DNA of 64,000 bases. Source: an uncultured delta proteobacterium. GTDB taxonomy: Bacteria > Myxococcota > Myxococcia > Myxococcales > Myxococcaceae. This document shows, piece after piece, positions 36,072 through 47,013 of the stretch (its first letter is position 1; the number at the start of each line of letters is the position of its first letter). The position numbers were made by a program, and so were the translations under genes. Below the pieces are notes generated by a model that saw nothing but the letters and a program-made list of their open reading frames with translations, was not told the origin of the DNA and did no database searches. The stretch lies in the NCBI GenBank assembly GCA_963796055.1, contig CAWCKH010000004.1, positions 1,152,001-1,216,000 on the forward strand, in the 5' to 3' direction.

Positions 36072-38987
36072 GTGACAGCGACAGGCCTCGTCAGCAGGCT
36101 CTTTCTGGGCCTTCTGGCGACCGTTGCGACAGGTGTCGCAGCCCAGACCACAGAGCAGTCCCGCGCCTGGATCGGCGAAATGAAGGAGAGCCCGCGCGGT
36201 CCGTTCTCCGCCATCAGGTGGTACTGCAGGGACGGAACCGTGCTTCCGCCGGCCGAGTACGCCTGTGCCAACCATGGCGGGGGGTTCCAGCACGGCGAGT
36301 GGAGCGATCGCACCAAGCAGCTGCGCTCGCAGGGCTACAGGGTGGCGACGCTGCTCGCCGGCATCGACGCGGCAGAAGCGCTGGCTGCGCCCGACTTTCC
36401 CGACGCGTACGGCCAGCTACTGGTCGAGAAGTTCCTGCGACGGATCGACAACGGCTGGATCCTGCGCAGGGCGCTGTTCTATCGCGGCGCCCTGCAGGAG
36501 GAGGACGAGCGCGAAGGAGCGCGAAGTCTCTTGCAGGCAATGGCGGCGCGGCCGGAGTGGATCGGCTACCGTTTTGTCGCGCTGCGCACGGGCGTCCGCA
36601 TGCTGCCGCACGGTCTGGACGCTGCATCGGCGCAGAAGGTGCGGCAGATGGCGGCGGCGCTCTCGGAACGCGACGCTGGCTTCACGGTGCTGCGCGCCAA
36701 GATCCATGGCACACCGGAAGCCAGCGACGCCCTGCGCGTTCGCACCTATGCGGCTGCAGGAAGACCCGAACTGCGCGACAGCTATGAGGAGCTCGCAGCC
36801 GAGATCGATCGCGTCTATCAGCCGAAGCCGCTCGATCAGACGCTGGAAGCCGCGGCGCGAGCATTCAGCCACGAGCCGGCGATTCGGAAGTCGTTGAGCG
36901 ACGCACGGGCAACTTACCTGCGAGACACGGACGCCGTCAGCCGCTATCGCCTCACGGCCGACGTCCTGATGTCGCTCAGGCGCGGTCTGCCGACGATCAA
37001 GTCGGCGCGGGATCGCCTTCGTGCGCTTGACCTCTCCATTGCGGTCGAAGAGGAGAACCTGCGCCTGGGCAGCACGATTCGTACGGCCGTGGACAAGGCA
37101 CAGCGCGGAGGCGACGTGATCCTGATGCGTGCTGCCGCCGATGCCGCGTATGGCACCGGCCTGCTGAACGAGCGCGAGCGCAGCTCGCTTCAAGAGCCCT
37201 TCGAGACGCTGGGTGTCCCCGAGGTTTCGCTGCGCACCTACAAGAGCGTGCTGCGCTCTCTCGGCCTCGTCCCCGGCTGGGGCACCCAGCAGTTGCAGTT
37301 TCAGTTGGGCGAGGCGATGGCCAAGCTGGCAGAAATCGAGCCCAAGTCGGAACTCTTCGTCCAGGACCAGCTGCGTGGCAGTCCCCTGCTGTTCTATTCG
37401 CAGGTGCTCGACGCGCTGAACCACGACGCCAACGGGCTGGCCGGTGTTCGCAACACCGTGTTCGGGAGGGAAATCAGCGTCGGCTTCAACGCGCTGAACC
37501 CGGGCATTGCCCGTGGCGTGCTGCACACGAACCCGGACATGCAGCGTGCTGAGCAGTTTCGGCCGGATGGCATCTATGTGCTCCCGGAGACCATCGCGGA
37601 GTTGCCGCCGATCGCCGGCATCCTCACGGCCGGCGCCGGCAATCCGCTGTCGCACGTGCAGCTGCTCGCTCGCAACCTCGGGATTCCAAACGTCGCGGTC
37701 GATCAGCCAGTGCTCCCGATCCTTCAGCAGGCCAATGGTCGCCGCGCCGTGATGGCGGTGAGCTCTGGGGGGCTGGTCGAGATTGCGGACGACGGTCCGC
37801 AGTGGGACACCGTGTTTGGCACGGCGGAGCAGGCGGGGGCGAACCTGACGTTCGAGCCGGATCTGAACAAGCTCGATCTCTCGGTGCGCAACTTCGTGAG
37901 CCTCGACGCGCTGCGCGCCAAGGATTCGGGCCGCATCGTCGGGCCGAAGGCGGCAAAGCTCGGGGAGATCAAGGCCAGCTTCCCGGATCGGGTCGCGCCC
38001 GGTGTCGGTATCCCGTTCGGCCTTTATCGCGCGACCGTGCTCGACCGCCCGTACAAGAACTCCGGCAAGAGCGTATTCGAGTGGATGGTCCAGAGCTTTC
38101 GCAAGCTCGAGGCCATGCCGGCCGGCTCGAAGGAAGCTGCGGCTTTCGCCGAGCAGCTACGCGCCGAGATCTACTCGACGATCGTGAAAACTGATCCAGG
38201 AGCGCAGTTCCGCGAACAGTTGCGCGCGGCGATAGGCAAGGAGTTCGGCGCCGATTTCCGCGGCGGCGCGTTCATTCGTTCCGACACCAACGTCGAGGAC
38301 CTGCCGGGATTCACCGGGGCAGGACTCAACCTGACGCTCTTCAACGTCGTCGGCTTCGACAACATCGTGAAGGGCATCCTCGAGGTCTGGGCTTCGCCGT
38401 ATACGCAACGCGCCTGGGCCTGGCGCCAGGCGCACATGAAGGGGCCTGAGTACGTCTATCCGGCGGTGCTGCTGCTGCGTACGGTGCCCTCCGACATCTC
38501 GGGGGTGATGATCACGCAGGACGTCGAAAGCGGCGACCGCAACATCCTGTCGGTCGCGGTCAACGAAGGGGTCGGCGGTGCGGTCGACGGCCAAGCGGCC
38601 GAATCGGTTCGGATCGACAAGCGCGACGGTGGTGTTCGAGTGATGGCAGCCGCGACCGCGCCGCGTCGCATGATGCCGCAGGCGTCGGGCGGCGTCGCGA
38701 AGCTGGCGACCACGGGTGCCGAGACGCTGCTGAAGCCCGGCGAGGTCAAGCAATTGATCGACTTCTCCGACGACATCGACAAACGCTTCCAGCAGCGCGA
38801 CGAGCGTGGCCAGCCGACTGCGGCAGACGTGGAATTCGGCTTCGTCGACGGACGTCTCTGGCTGCTGCAGATCCGGCCGCTCAACGAGAGCCGGGAGGCG
38901 CAGGAGAGCGCGTATCTTGCGAAGATGAATCAGGCACTGGAAGAGAACCTGGATCGCATGGTGAACCTTCGCGAGCCCGTCAAGTGA
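36072..38987 (+). CDS. PEP-utiliser/dikinase-like protein with N-terminal signal peptide
   Basis: Signal-like LFLGLLATVATGVAAQ; phospho-His motif LSHVQLLARNLGIPNV; ATP-grasp motifs GPKAAKLG, RSDTNVEDLPGFTGAGLN, DVEFG...LLQIRP. Confidence 0.85.
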   Translation: MTATGLVSRLFLGLLATVATGVAAQTTEQSRAWIGEMKESPRGPFSAIRWYCRDGTVLPPAEYACANHGGGFQHGEWSDRTKQLRSQGYRVATLLAGIDAAEALAAPDFPDAYGQLLVEKFLRRIDNGWILRRALFYRGALQEEDEREGARSLLQAMAARPEWIGYRFVALRTGVRMLPHGLDAASAQKVRQMAAALSERDAGFTVLRAKIHGTPEASDALRVRTYAAAGRPELRDSYEELAAEIDRVYQPKPLDQTLEAAARAFSHEPAIRKSLSDARATYLRDTDAVSRYRLTADVLMSLRRGLPTIKSARDRLRALDLSIAVEEENLRLGSTIRTAVDKAQRGGDVILMRAAADAAYGTGLLNERERSSLQEPFETLGVPEVSLRTYKSVLRSLGLVPGWGTQQLQFQLGEAMAKLAEIEPKSELFVQDQLRGSPLLFYSQVLDALNHDANGLAGVRNTVFGREISVGFNALNPGIARGVLHTNPDMQRAEQFRPDGIYVLPETIAELPPIAGILTAGAGNPLSHVQLLARNLGIPNVAVDQPVLPILQQANGRRAVMAVSSGGLVEIADDGPQWDTVFGTAEQAGANLTFEPDLNKLDLSVRNFVSLDALRAKDSGRIVGPKAAKLGEIKASFPDRVAPGVGIPFGLYRATVLDRPYKNSGKSVFEWMVQSFRKLEAMPAGSKEAAAFAEQLRAEIYSTIVKTDPGAQFREQLRAAIGKEFGADFRGGAFIRSDTNVEDLPGFTGAGLNLTLFNVVGFDNIVKGILEVWASPYTQRAWAWRQAHMKGPEYVYPAVLLLRTVPSDISGVMITQDVESGDRNILSVAVNEGVGGAVDGQAAESVRIDKRDGGVRVMAAATAPRRMMPQASGGVAKLATTGAETLLKPGEVKQLIDFSDDIDKRFQQRDERGQPTAADVEFGFVDGRLWLLQIRPLNESREAQESAYLAKMNQALEENLDRMVNLREPVK

Positions 38988-40266
38988 GCTCGATCTGCCC
39001 GACACATCGCCCGGCAGGCGCCGCACTGGCGCTTTCGGTAGCGCTGAGCATGTCCGCCGCCAATGCGTATCCGCTCGATGCCTATCCGGAGACGGGACTC
39101 CGCCGGCTCGAGGGTCTTCGCCTGGCCAATGAAGGAAAAGTCGCTGACGTCAAGCAACCCAAAGGAGCAATGCTGCCGCTGAAGGCCGTCGACCTCAGGC
39201 TCGTCGGCTCGACGTTCGATCTGCCGCCGTCCGACCCCGAGCTCGACAAGCAACTCGCCGGGATCCTCGGCGGCGGACTTGCCGGCTACGGAGTCGCCAT
39301 CCTGGATCTGCCGATCCAGCGGAACCGCACTACGCCGAGCACAACAGCACCTATCGCCAGAACGTCGGCAGCGTCGGGAAGGCAGTCGTGGCGCTCTCCC
39401 TGTTCCAGGCGCTCGCCGACACGTACCCCAACGACATCGCGGCCCGGCAGCACATTCTCAAGAACACGGTCGTGACTGCGGACGGCTTCTCGCAGCACGA
39501 CCACCATACCGTGCGCATGTTCAACGTCGAGACCGGGAGCCTCACCCGCCGTGCAATCCGGGTGGGTGACAGGGCCACCCTCTGGGAGTTCGTGGACTGG
39601 ATGATGTCGCCGAGCTCCAACTCCGCCGCTGGCATGGTGATGCGCGAGGCGATGCTGCTGCGGCAGTACGGCACCGCGTATCCGGTGCCCGAGGCCGAGG
39701 CCAGGCGCTTCTTCGGCCAGACTCCGAAGCCCGAACTGACCGCACTGCTGGAGAAGACCTTCTTCGAACCGGTCACGCGCAACGGGCTCGATCTGGAGCA
39801 ACTCAGGCAAGCCAGCTTCTTCACCGCGACCGGCAACCAGACCGTGCCGGGAGCGGGGAACAGCTATGGCACCGCACGAGAATTGATGCGCTACCTGCTT
39901 CACATGGAAGAGGGGCGCCTCGTCGACGAATGGTCGAGCCGCGAGATCAAGCGCCTGATGTATGTGACCGAGCGCCGCATCCGCTACGCCAGCGCGCGGT
40001 CACTCGCCAACGCGGCGGTCTACTTCAAGTCCGGTTCGCTCTACGAGTGCGCGCCGGAGCCCGGCTTCCGCTGTGGGCAGTACATGGGGAACGTGAAGAA
40101 CTACATGAACTCGATCGTGATCATCGAGTACCCGGCAGGTGAGCGAAAGCTCCATTACATGGTGACGCTCATCTCGAACGTACTGCGCAAGAATTCGGCG
40201 GCCGAGCACCAAGTCCTAGCGGGCAGAATCCAGCAAATGATTCTGGCGCGTCGAGCGAGCCGTTGA
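38984..40266 (+). CDS. Exported class-A-beta-lactamase-like serine hydrolase, frameshift near 39310
   Basis: Signal peptide; after the shift SVGK (SxxK), SSN and KSG motifs; GTGA-coupled to the upstream gene. Confidence 0.7.
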
Positions 40267-41187
40267 TCCGATCCCGACGCTGGAGAAGTTGGAGGCAACG
40301 TGTTCCCGCTCGGGCGGTACGATCAGATCGTGCATCGGGCCCGCAAGCCGGGCGAGCCATTCGCCGCCCTCGGCGTGTTCGGCGATGCCGACCAGCACGT
40401 AGCGCTTGCCGCGGCACTCCACCAGCGCGCTGTCCGCGTGCGTCTGCCTCCACGTCCCGGACTTGCGAAGAATCTCGACACCCGGTCGTCCCTTGAGGCC
40501 CTTGACGAAGTAGTGCTGAATCCCAGGCCTGGACAGAACCTGCCTCATCAATGCGTTCATCGGCGGGCTCAGCAGCTTGTCGGTCGCCAGCATCCAGTAC
40601 AGGCGCGCAACCTGGAAAGCCGTGGCGCCGTGCGAGAGGTTGTGCAGCGGGTCGCGCCGCGTGGCCGGCTCCGGCCCGTAGCCCTTGCCAACCCAGAGCC
40701 CGCCGGCACCTGCCCGATCATAGAGGGCAAAGCGCGAGGACTGCAGGATCTCCGCAAGGCGGTCGACGCCGACCCAGCGGAGCACGCGGCTCGCGTCCGC
40801 GTTGCTCGAGAACCGGATCATGCGGGTCATGGCGGCCACGGTCTCGCCGTTGATCGGCAGCCGACCGACCTCTGCTTCAGCCAAGGCGCCGAGGAGGATC
40901 GCCACCTTTGGCATGCTCGCCGCGTACATCATGCGGTCGCCGTTGAGCATGGCGAGGCGTGGCGCGGCCGGATCGGTCGCATCCACCAAGGCAAGGGCGA
41001 GGCGACCCTGTGCAACCTCGCCACTCAAGCCGGCATCGGCGACGACACGCTCCATCGCCGCCTGCAACTCGGAGTCCCGGGAGTCGCGCAGGCCCGCGAC
41101 GGTGGTTTCCGCAGAAGCCGACGCGGCGATGAGGGTCAGAGCGCAGACGGCGCAGTAGCGGGCGAACGGATTCCGGAGAAGCGACAT
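40216..41187 (-). CDS. Exported class-A-beta-lactamase-like serine hydrolase
   Basis: Signal peptide; YAASMPK, FSSN, RKSGTW. Confidence 0.85.
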   Translation of the reverse strand: MSLLRNPFARYCAVCALTLIAASASAETTVAGLRDSRDSELQAAMERVVADAGLSGEVAQGRLALALVDATDPAAPRLAMLNGDRMMYAASMPKVAILLGALAEAEVGRLPINGETVAAMTRMIRFSSNADASRVLRWVGVDRLAEILQSSRFALYDRAGAGGLWVGKGYGPEPATRRDPLHNLSHGATAFQVARLYWMLATDKLLSPPMNALMRQVLSRPGIQHYFVKGLKGRPGVEILRKSGTWRQTHADSALVECRGKRYVLVGIAEHAEGGEWLARLAGPMHDLIVPPEREHVASNFSSVGIGSTARSTRQNHLLDSAR

Positions 41188-41444
41188 CGATCAGCGACCC
41201 AAAGCATGACGCTCACGAGAAGTCGAGCTGGGGCGGGACCGGAGGCGTGGGGCTGGACGGCCGCCACCGGCGGGCTCTGGGGGCTCTCGTACGAAGAGCT
41301 ACGGCAACTGCCTCCTGCCCGGCCCCGGGGCAGGAGCCGAGGTCCAGAAGGACGGCGAGCTCATCCTCGTCCGGGAGCTCCGTCATCCCGGGCGATTGCG
41401 TGGCAGGCGCTGACCGGTCCTGCGCGCCTGTCGGGAATGGGAAC

Positions 41445-41654
41445 TCACTTCATCAGGGCGAGCTCTTCCTGGGTGAAGCTCGGGTCCGGTCCCTCGAACG
41501 CGTCGGCCCGGATCTCACCCCACCGGTCGCGGCTCGGGGCGCGGGCGACTCTCTCCCGCTCCAGCTCCGAGCGGAAGAAGACGCGGGCGATGCGGGCGAG
41601 GAGGCCCGGGCGGCGCTCGAGATGGGATTGGGTGAGGACTTCCTGGGGGTACAT
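41445..41654 (-). CDS. Small hypothetical protein
   Basis: [11 protein letters not shown] before ATG; 69 aa. Confidence 0.4.
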   Translation of the reverse strand: MYPQEVLTQSHLERRPGLLARIARVFFRSELERERVARAPSRDRWGEIRADAFEGPDPSFTQEELALMK

Positions 41655-41680
41655 TCTGCTCTCCTTGGAAGAGGTCCTTC

Positions 41681-42738
41681 TCAGGGCTGCGGCGCCGGTA
41701 TGCCGTCGCCCGCGGGGGGCAAGAGACCGGCGGAGGACGCGGCGGCGGTCCTGAACGTCGGGGGCCGGCGCGTGACCTCCGTGCCCACGTCGGCTCGGAC
41801 ATCGGGCACGGCGGCGGCGGTGGCCGGGCCCTGCGCAACAGTCGACGCCGGCATGGCGGGCGGCGCCACGAGGCGGTGCGCGCGCGTGGTGAGACGCGCG
41901 TCCGCGCTCTCGGCGCCGGGCAGGGCCTGCTTGGCAGGCGAGATCTCGCGGGCGACGGTCGCGGCCTGCTCGCCCTTCCCGGTCTGCTCGTAGGCCTGGG
42001 CGAGCAAGCTCATCGCCACCTCGCGGTTCTTGCTCCCTCTGTCCTTTTCCAGGAAGGTCTTCAGGGGCGCGATGGCCGGCTCGTACTTGCGCTGCCGGAC
42101 GAGCGCGGCGCCCAGACGGAACGAGGCCTCGATCTGCTCGGACTCCGACGGCTCCATCGTCAGGGACCGCGAGAACTCGGCGGCGGCGGCGGCCCAGACC
42201 TTGGCGCGGAACGCTTCCTTGCCTCGCTCGAACGCCGCCTGCCCGAGCTCCCGCCGGAGCGCGGCGGCGCGGTCCGCGAGCGCCTGGCGCTCGAAGGGAT
42301 CAGCTTGCCCTGGTCCATCCTGGCGAGCGCGGTGACGCCCTCCAGCCGCCGTTCCCCCGGCAGATTGGTCATCATCCGGTACGCCTCGGCGGCAGAGCGG
42401 TGCGCGGCGGCGACGGCGGCCCGCTCCGCCCGGTCCTTGTCGACGGACCGGGTGAGCGCCTTCAGCTCGGCCACCGCCTTGTCCCGCTCGCTGTCGGCGG
42501 CGGCGGTGCGAGCGCCCGACAGGAACAGGGCTGCGCCTCCGGCGAGCAGCGCGAACATCGCGTACGCCGCGGCCGAGGAGAGCGTCTGCCGGTGCTCGAA
42601 CGCCTTCTGCCTCGCCCCGAACGCCCTCATCTGGGCGTGAAACGTCTTCAGGAGGTTGTCGGTGCGGATGACGAGGTTCCGCCCCTCGATCACCTCACGG
42701 CGGAGGTCCGCCAGCTCTTGTTCCAGCTCCGTCCTCAA
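41681..42738 (-). pseudogene. Coiled-coil/TM/TPR protein, frameshifted near 42295
   Basis: ELADLRREVIEGRNLVIRTDNLLK...TM...; continues in another frame to TPR-like ASFRLGAALVRQRKYEPAIAPLKTF. Confidence 0.6.
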
Positions 42739-43003
42739 CGTGTCCTCCCATCCAGCTCACTCGGCAATCGAACGGACCACCTCGGACCTCGGGTCTGTAG
42801 GGGTTCGTCTCCTCACCCGCGTTCATGTTTCGCCCGACAGGTGGCGAAACACTTGCCCGCACGAAGTCTCCGCTCCTTTCGCCGGCCCCACCTTTCGGTG
42901 ATGTCCCGGAGCATCCCCACCAGGATCACGAGGAAGAGGGCAGCGCCGATCAGCGCCACGGCCCATCTCGAGGAGTAGCGGTCGAGCTCGGTCGCGTCCA
43001 CGG

Positions 43004-43922
43004 TCAGGCAGTGCCTCGGCTTGGATGTGAGGAGCTCCATCGCTGGTCGGCTCGAGGCCTTTCGACGACCACGTCGATCCAGCCCAGCAGTTGCTCCAGA
43101 ACCTCCTGGCGGTTGATCTCGTTGAGCATCTCGTGGCGTCCGCCCTGGTAGAAGTCGTAGGAGATGTCGTCGATTCCCGCCCGGCGGTAGCGCTCGATGA
43201 GGAGCACCAGCCCCCGGAGCTGCTGACCCACGGGATCCTCGCTGCCCGAGAACAGGTAGATGGGGAGGTCCCTGCGGATGCGTTGAAGTCTCACGGCGTC
43301 CGACACCCGCGGCGCAGCGCCCAGGAACGACGCGAGGGACGCCGGCCGAAGCGCCGCGAAGCACAGCGGATCGCCGACGAATGCATCCACCACGTCGGGA
43401 TCGCGACTCAGCCAGTCGAACGGGGTCCGCGCCGGCTCGAAAGGGGCGTTGAGGACGTTGACTCCGTGCGCAGCGGAGCTTGCCAGCCGGACGAGTCCGT
43501 CAAGAACGCCCGAGCCGGAGAGTACCAGCGCATCGATCATCCCGCTGTGCTCGAGGACAAACTGCTGGGCTGCGAAGGAGCCCATGCTGTGTCCGAGCAG
43601 GATGAATGGAAGGTCGGGGTCTCGCTCCTGTGCGATCTGGCTCAACCGCACCATGTCCTCCACCAGGAGGTCGAATCCGCCCGTTCCGAGATCGCCGACG
43701 TACCCGGCGGATGGAGCGGTCCGGCCGTGACCACGATGATCGCTGCCGTAGACGGTCAAACCGCTGGACACCAGCGCGTCGATGGTGGCGCGGTACCGAC
43801 CGATGTGCTCGCCCATCCCGTGGGCAATCTGGACCACGCCGCGCTGTGGACCGCGCGCATCCCAGCGGAAGCAGGCGATGCGCAATCCATCCGAGCTGGT
43901 GAATCGGAACTGCGGGTTCCAT
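43004..43922 (-). CDS. Lysophospholipase-like alpha/beta hydrolase (indel just after the start)
   Basis: HGMGEH, DHRGHGRT, GHSMGS, GSEDPVG, RHEMLNE; RBS plus ATG 43922 is out of frame with the body. Confidence 0.8.
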
Positions 43923-43935
43923 GACCCGGTTCTCC

Positions 43936-43951
43936 AGCACTTGGCATGCCA
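43936..43951 (-). promoter_or_regulatory. Putative sigma-54 promoter
   Basis: Minus strand TGGCATG-CCAA-GTGCT immediately upstream of the hydrolase RBS. Confidence 0.5.
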
Positions 43952-44213
43952 GCCCGGGTGGCGTGTCGCGTGCGGAAACGACACCACTGACAGGAGCTGG
44001 TGCCCGTGTCGACACGAGCTGCAGTGCCGTCGAGACCGTGACGGGTGCTCCGACCGCCGAAGTTCGGACGGGACTGTCGGCCCCTGCACCCTGACCAGAC
44101 AGAAACCCGGCATTTCGTCGAGCACTCGCTGGGTGAAACATCGCGACGTTTCGCGATCCAAACGAGTGGATGGGCTCCGGTGATCCGGGGCTCCAGGCAC
44201 GGGAGACGGTCAG

Positions 44214-44833
44214 ATGGGCAGGGCAGTGGGGCTGGTGGTGGGCTCCTCGGCGCGGGCGCGCTCGGGGACGGCGTGGCGGGCGGAACGGAAGGAGAGAAGC
44301 AGCCGCTGCTGGCCGCCGCCGGGACCGAGAGTCACCTCGAGCCCGTTTACGCCGGGACGTATGTCTACGCCGGAAGCGAGGCGGAACGCGCCGCGGTGAA
44401 GGCCGCCGTGAACCGGGCCACCGAGGGAATGTTCGGAAAGGTCATCGCTCGCGAGGAACTGATGCAGCGTTCCGAGATCCGCCCGAGCTACACCATCCGC
44501 CTGGACTCCCCGGGGAGGGTGAGCGTCGAGACCCCCGGGTTCCCCCCGGAATCCTCACCTCTCGACGGGACGGAGGTGGAGCTCCGCACCAAGTACGGCG
44601 ACGTGGTCAAGAACAGCCAGCAGTTCGTCTCCGGCTCGCTCCTCCAGGAAGGTCACACCCCCGACGGGAGCGGCTCGACGGAGTTCAAGCTGCTGGCCGA
44701 CGGGAACACGCTACGGGTCACCCGCGTCAGCAGGAGTCCGAGACTGCCCAGGGCGGTCGAGTACCCCGGACCTACGTCCGCAGCAGGCCACGCGCTGAGG
44801 CGAGCCCGGCGCTCGACTGCGGCCTCGCCCTGA
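44214..44833 (+). pseudogene. Hypothetical exported protein with probable frameshifts
   Basis: Protein-like core YAGTYVYAGSEAER...LRVTRVSRSPRLPRAVEY; start and end lie in other frames. Confidence 0.45.
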
Positions 44834-45224
44834 GGCGAGCGTCTCCGGTCGCCCCGGTCGCGGTCCTCGACGAGACGATGCGAGCCACGCCGCCCCTTCG
44901 CCTCGAGTGCCGCCCGATGACCTGGAGAGCCTTGACCGTCGCCGCCCGGCCTTCCGGGTCATCTCGTAGCGCGCTCCCACCTTCCGGAGCGCCCCGAGCA
45001 GGACCAGGCGGTCCACCGTGGCGACGGCCACCGCATCGTCGAAGGCCGGCCCTTCGACGAGCCTCAGCGCGCGACGGGCGATCATCGACTTCTCGAGCGG
45101 CTCCTCGAGGACGGCCGTCAGAACGGCGAGATCTTGCAGTGACAGAGGCGTTCGCATTTCCCATTGGAGACGGATGGCGGTCTCTTGTTTCAGCTGGTGA
45201 CGGCCCGGCCGATGTTCCCTTCCG

Positions 45225-45680
45225 GGTGTTGCGTCCGGGCGCGCGCTTCTCCGGGTACGACTGGTGCCTCCTCGACTCGTTCAATCCCGCGGACCGGACC
45301 ACGTGCGGATCAAGAAGGGCATCGAGCAGGGCAACGGGATGGCCGAGCTCCGTCCGGCCTCCGACGTGCTCGACTCTCTGCTCGACGCGGGATTCGAGGT
45401 GGAGGCGTGCGGTGACTGGGCGGCCACGGCACACCCGCGCTCGCCGTGGTACGGACCTCTCACCAGCGGCCTCTCACTGACTGGCTTCAGGAACAGTCGC
45501 GCCGGCGCGTTCCTCTCTCGCCAGCTGATCCGGGTGCTGGAGGCGCTCCGGCTCGCCCCTCGCGGAACGCTGATGGTCCACGACGTGCTGCGACTCGCGC
45601 AATGGTCCCTGGTGGACGCCGGGCGTCGGGGCATCTTCACTGCCAGCTTCTTCTGGCTGGCGCGAAAGCCTGGGGGATGA
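45225..45680 (+). pseudogene. Sterol C-24 methyltransferase C-terminal remnant
   Basis: FRVLRPGARFSGYDWC...DHVRIKKGIEQGNGM...AGFEV...PWYGPL...LAPRGT...GIFT..FWLARKP; SAM-binding N-terminus missing; frameshift near 45295. Confidence 0.72.
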
Positions 45681-45890
45681 CCGCCGCTGGATGTGAAGGC
45701 GCGCTGACGGTCGTGTCCCAAGTCCAGCTGGAGCACGCCCCGAAGCATCGAAGCGTGCCTCGCAATTGGCCACCGCCACTGGGCACCCGGCTGCCTAACG
45801 GTACGGATAGCCGAAGCGGGTGAATTCGTACGTATTCCCCGATGGCGGCGTTCCGGCGAAACAAGCGGCCGGGACGAACCACCCAGGAGC

Positions 45891-46760
45891 ATGCCGTACA
45901 ACGGCACTCCGGCGCACGGAAGCAAGGTCCCGCACGTCACGCTCGCGTCTGGGCGGCGAAGATCCTGGCCACCACTGTGGGCGAGACAGCGGGTGACGCG
46001 CTCTCGATGACCCTGAATCTCGGGTACGCCATGAGCTCGGTCGTCTTCATCGCGCTCTTCGTGGTCGCGGTCTGGGCCCAGGTGCGCGCGCGGCGCTTGC
46101 ACCCGCTGCTCTACTGGACGGTGATCGTCGCCACGACCACCGCCGGCACGACCATGGCCGACTTCGCCGACCGCTCGCTGGGCATCGGCTATGTCGGTGG
46201 CTCGCTGCTCCTCTTTGTGCTCGTCCTGCTCGTCCTCCTCGCCTGGTGGCGAACGGAGGGAAGCGTCTCGGTGGACGGCATTCGCCGACCGCGCGTGGAG
46301 GTCTTCTACTGGGCGACCATCCTCGCCTCGAACACGCTCGGAACCGCGCTCGGCGACCTTCCTGGCCGACGACTCCGGGCTCGGCTACCGCGGCGGCGCG
46401 CTGGTGTTCTGCGCCGCACTCGCCCTCGTGGCGGTCGTCTGGCGCTTCACGTACGTCTCGCGCAGCCTGGTGTTCTGGGCAGCCTTCATCCTTACCCGAC
46501 CGCTGGGGGCGACCCTTGGCGACATCCTCACCAAGCCCACCTCCACCGGCGGGCTGAACCTCGGAAGGTTCGGCTCCTCGGCGGTGCTCCTGGTCTGCAT
46601 GGTCGCGTGCGTGCTCCTCACCTCGCAGCGGTACGGCGGCGAAGCGCGGCGCGATGTACGGAAGAAGGGGTCCCTTGAACGGGTGAGGCTTTCGCCAGCG
46701 AAACCCCTCCGCCCAGGAGCCGAGGACGCGCATGGCGCTGCTCACCTCCCATCAAACAGC
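45891..46760 (+). pseudogene. COG4705/DUF347 membrane protein, frameshifted (3' end approximate)
   Basis: SKVPHVTL|WAAKILATTVGETAGD...YWATILASNTLGTALGD|FLADD...FWAAFILTRPLGATLGD..TKP...GGLNLG. Confidence 0.8.
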
Positions 46761-46777
46761 GTGGATTCCGAAAACAA

Positions 46778-46824
46778 TGCCCAGGGGCGAAATCGAACCA
46801 CCGACACGGGGAGTTTCAGTCCCC
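46778..46824 (-). mobile_element. att site: tRNA-Phe 3'-half copy with 2 mismatches (junction between the islands)
   Basis: TGCCCAGGGGCGAAATCGAACCACCGACACGGGGAGTTTCAGTCCCC. Confidence 0.9.
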
Positions 46825-47013
46825 GTCGTGGAGTGGCCAAGCCCTCGAACGGCCTCCAGAAGACGAAGGAGCTGAACTGGACTGCATCGCCGGTGCATCA
46901 GCTACCGAGCGCGCGACCCGAGGGCGAACGGCCGCGTCGAGTCCGGGCCGGTCCTGCCCGCGGCCGACGGCGGGGCGACCACCTGGACGGCCCGTCCCCA
47001 GCGCGAGACGCCG

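Larger units (their letters stand above)
35395..46824. mobile_element. Older tRNA-Phe-integrated island (about 11.4 kb), integrase lost
   Basis: Bounded by att copies; scraps of an integrase 3' end at about 46725-46777; heterogeneous, partly broken cargo. Confidence 0.7.

Noticed and set aside
36072..38987. ppsA or rifampin phosphotransferase
   Set aside because: Domain order is reversed, a signal peptide is present, and no pyruvate-binding barrel was recognised
38984..41187. Bona fide beta-lactam resistance genes
   Set aside because: SxxK/SxN/KSG motifs show the fold only; no clear class A omega-loop signature was recognised
35395..46824. Additional tRNA-Phe genes at 35395 and 46778
   Set aside because: Only the 3' 47 nt are present; the D arm and 5' acceptor strand are missing, so these are att sites
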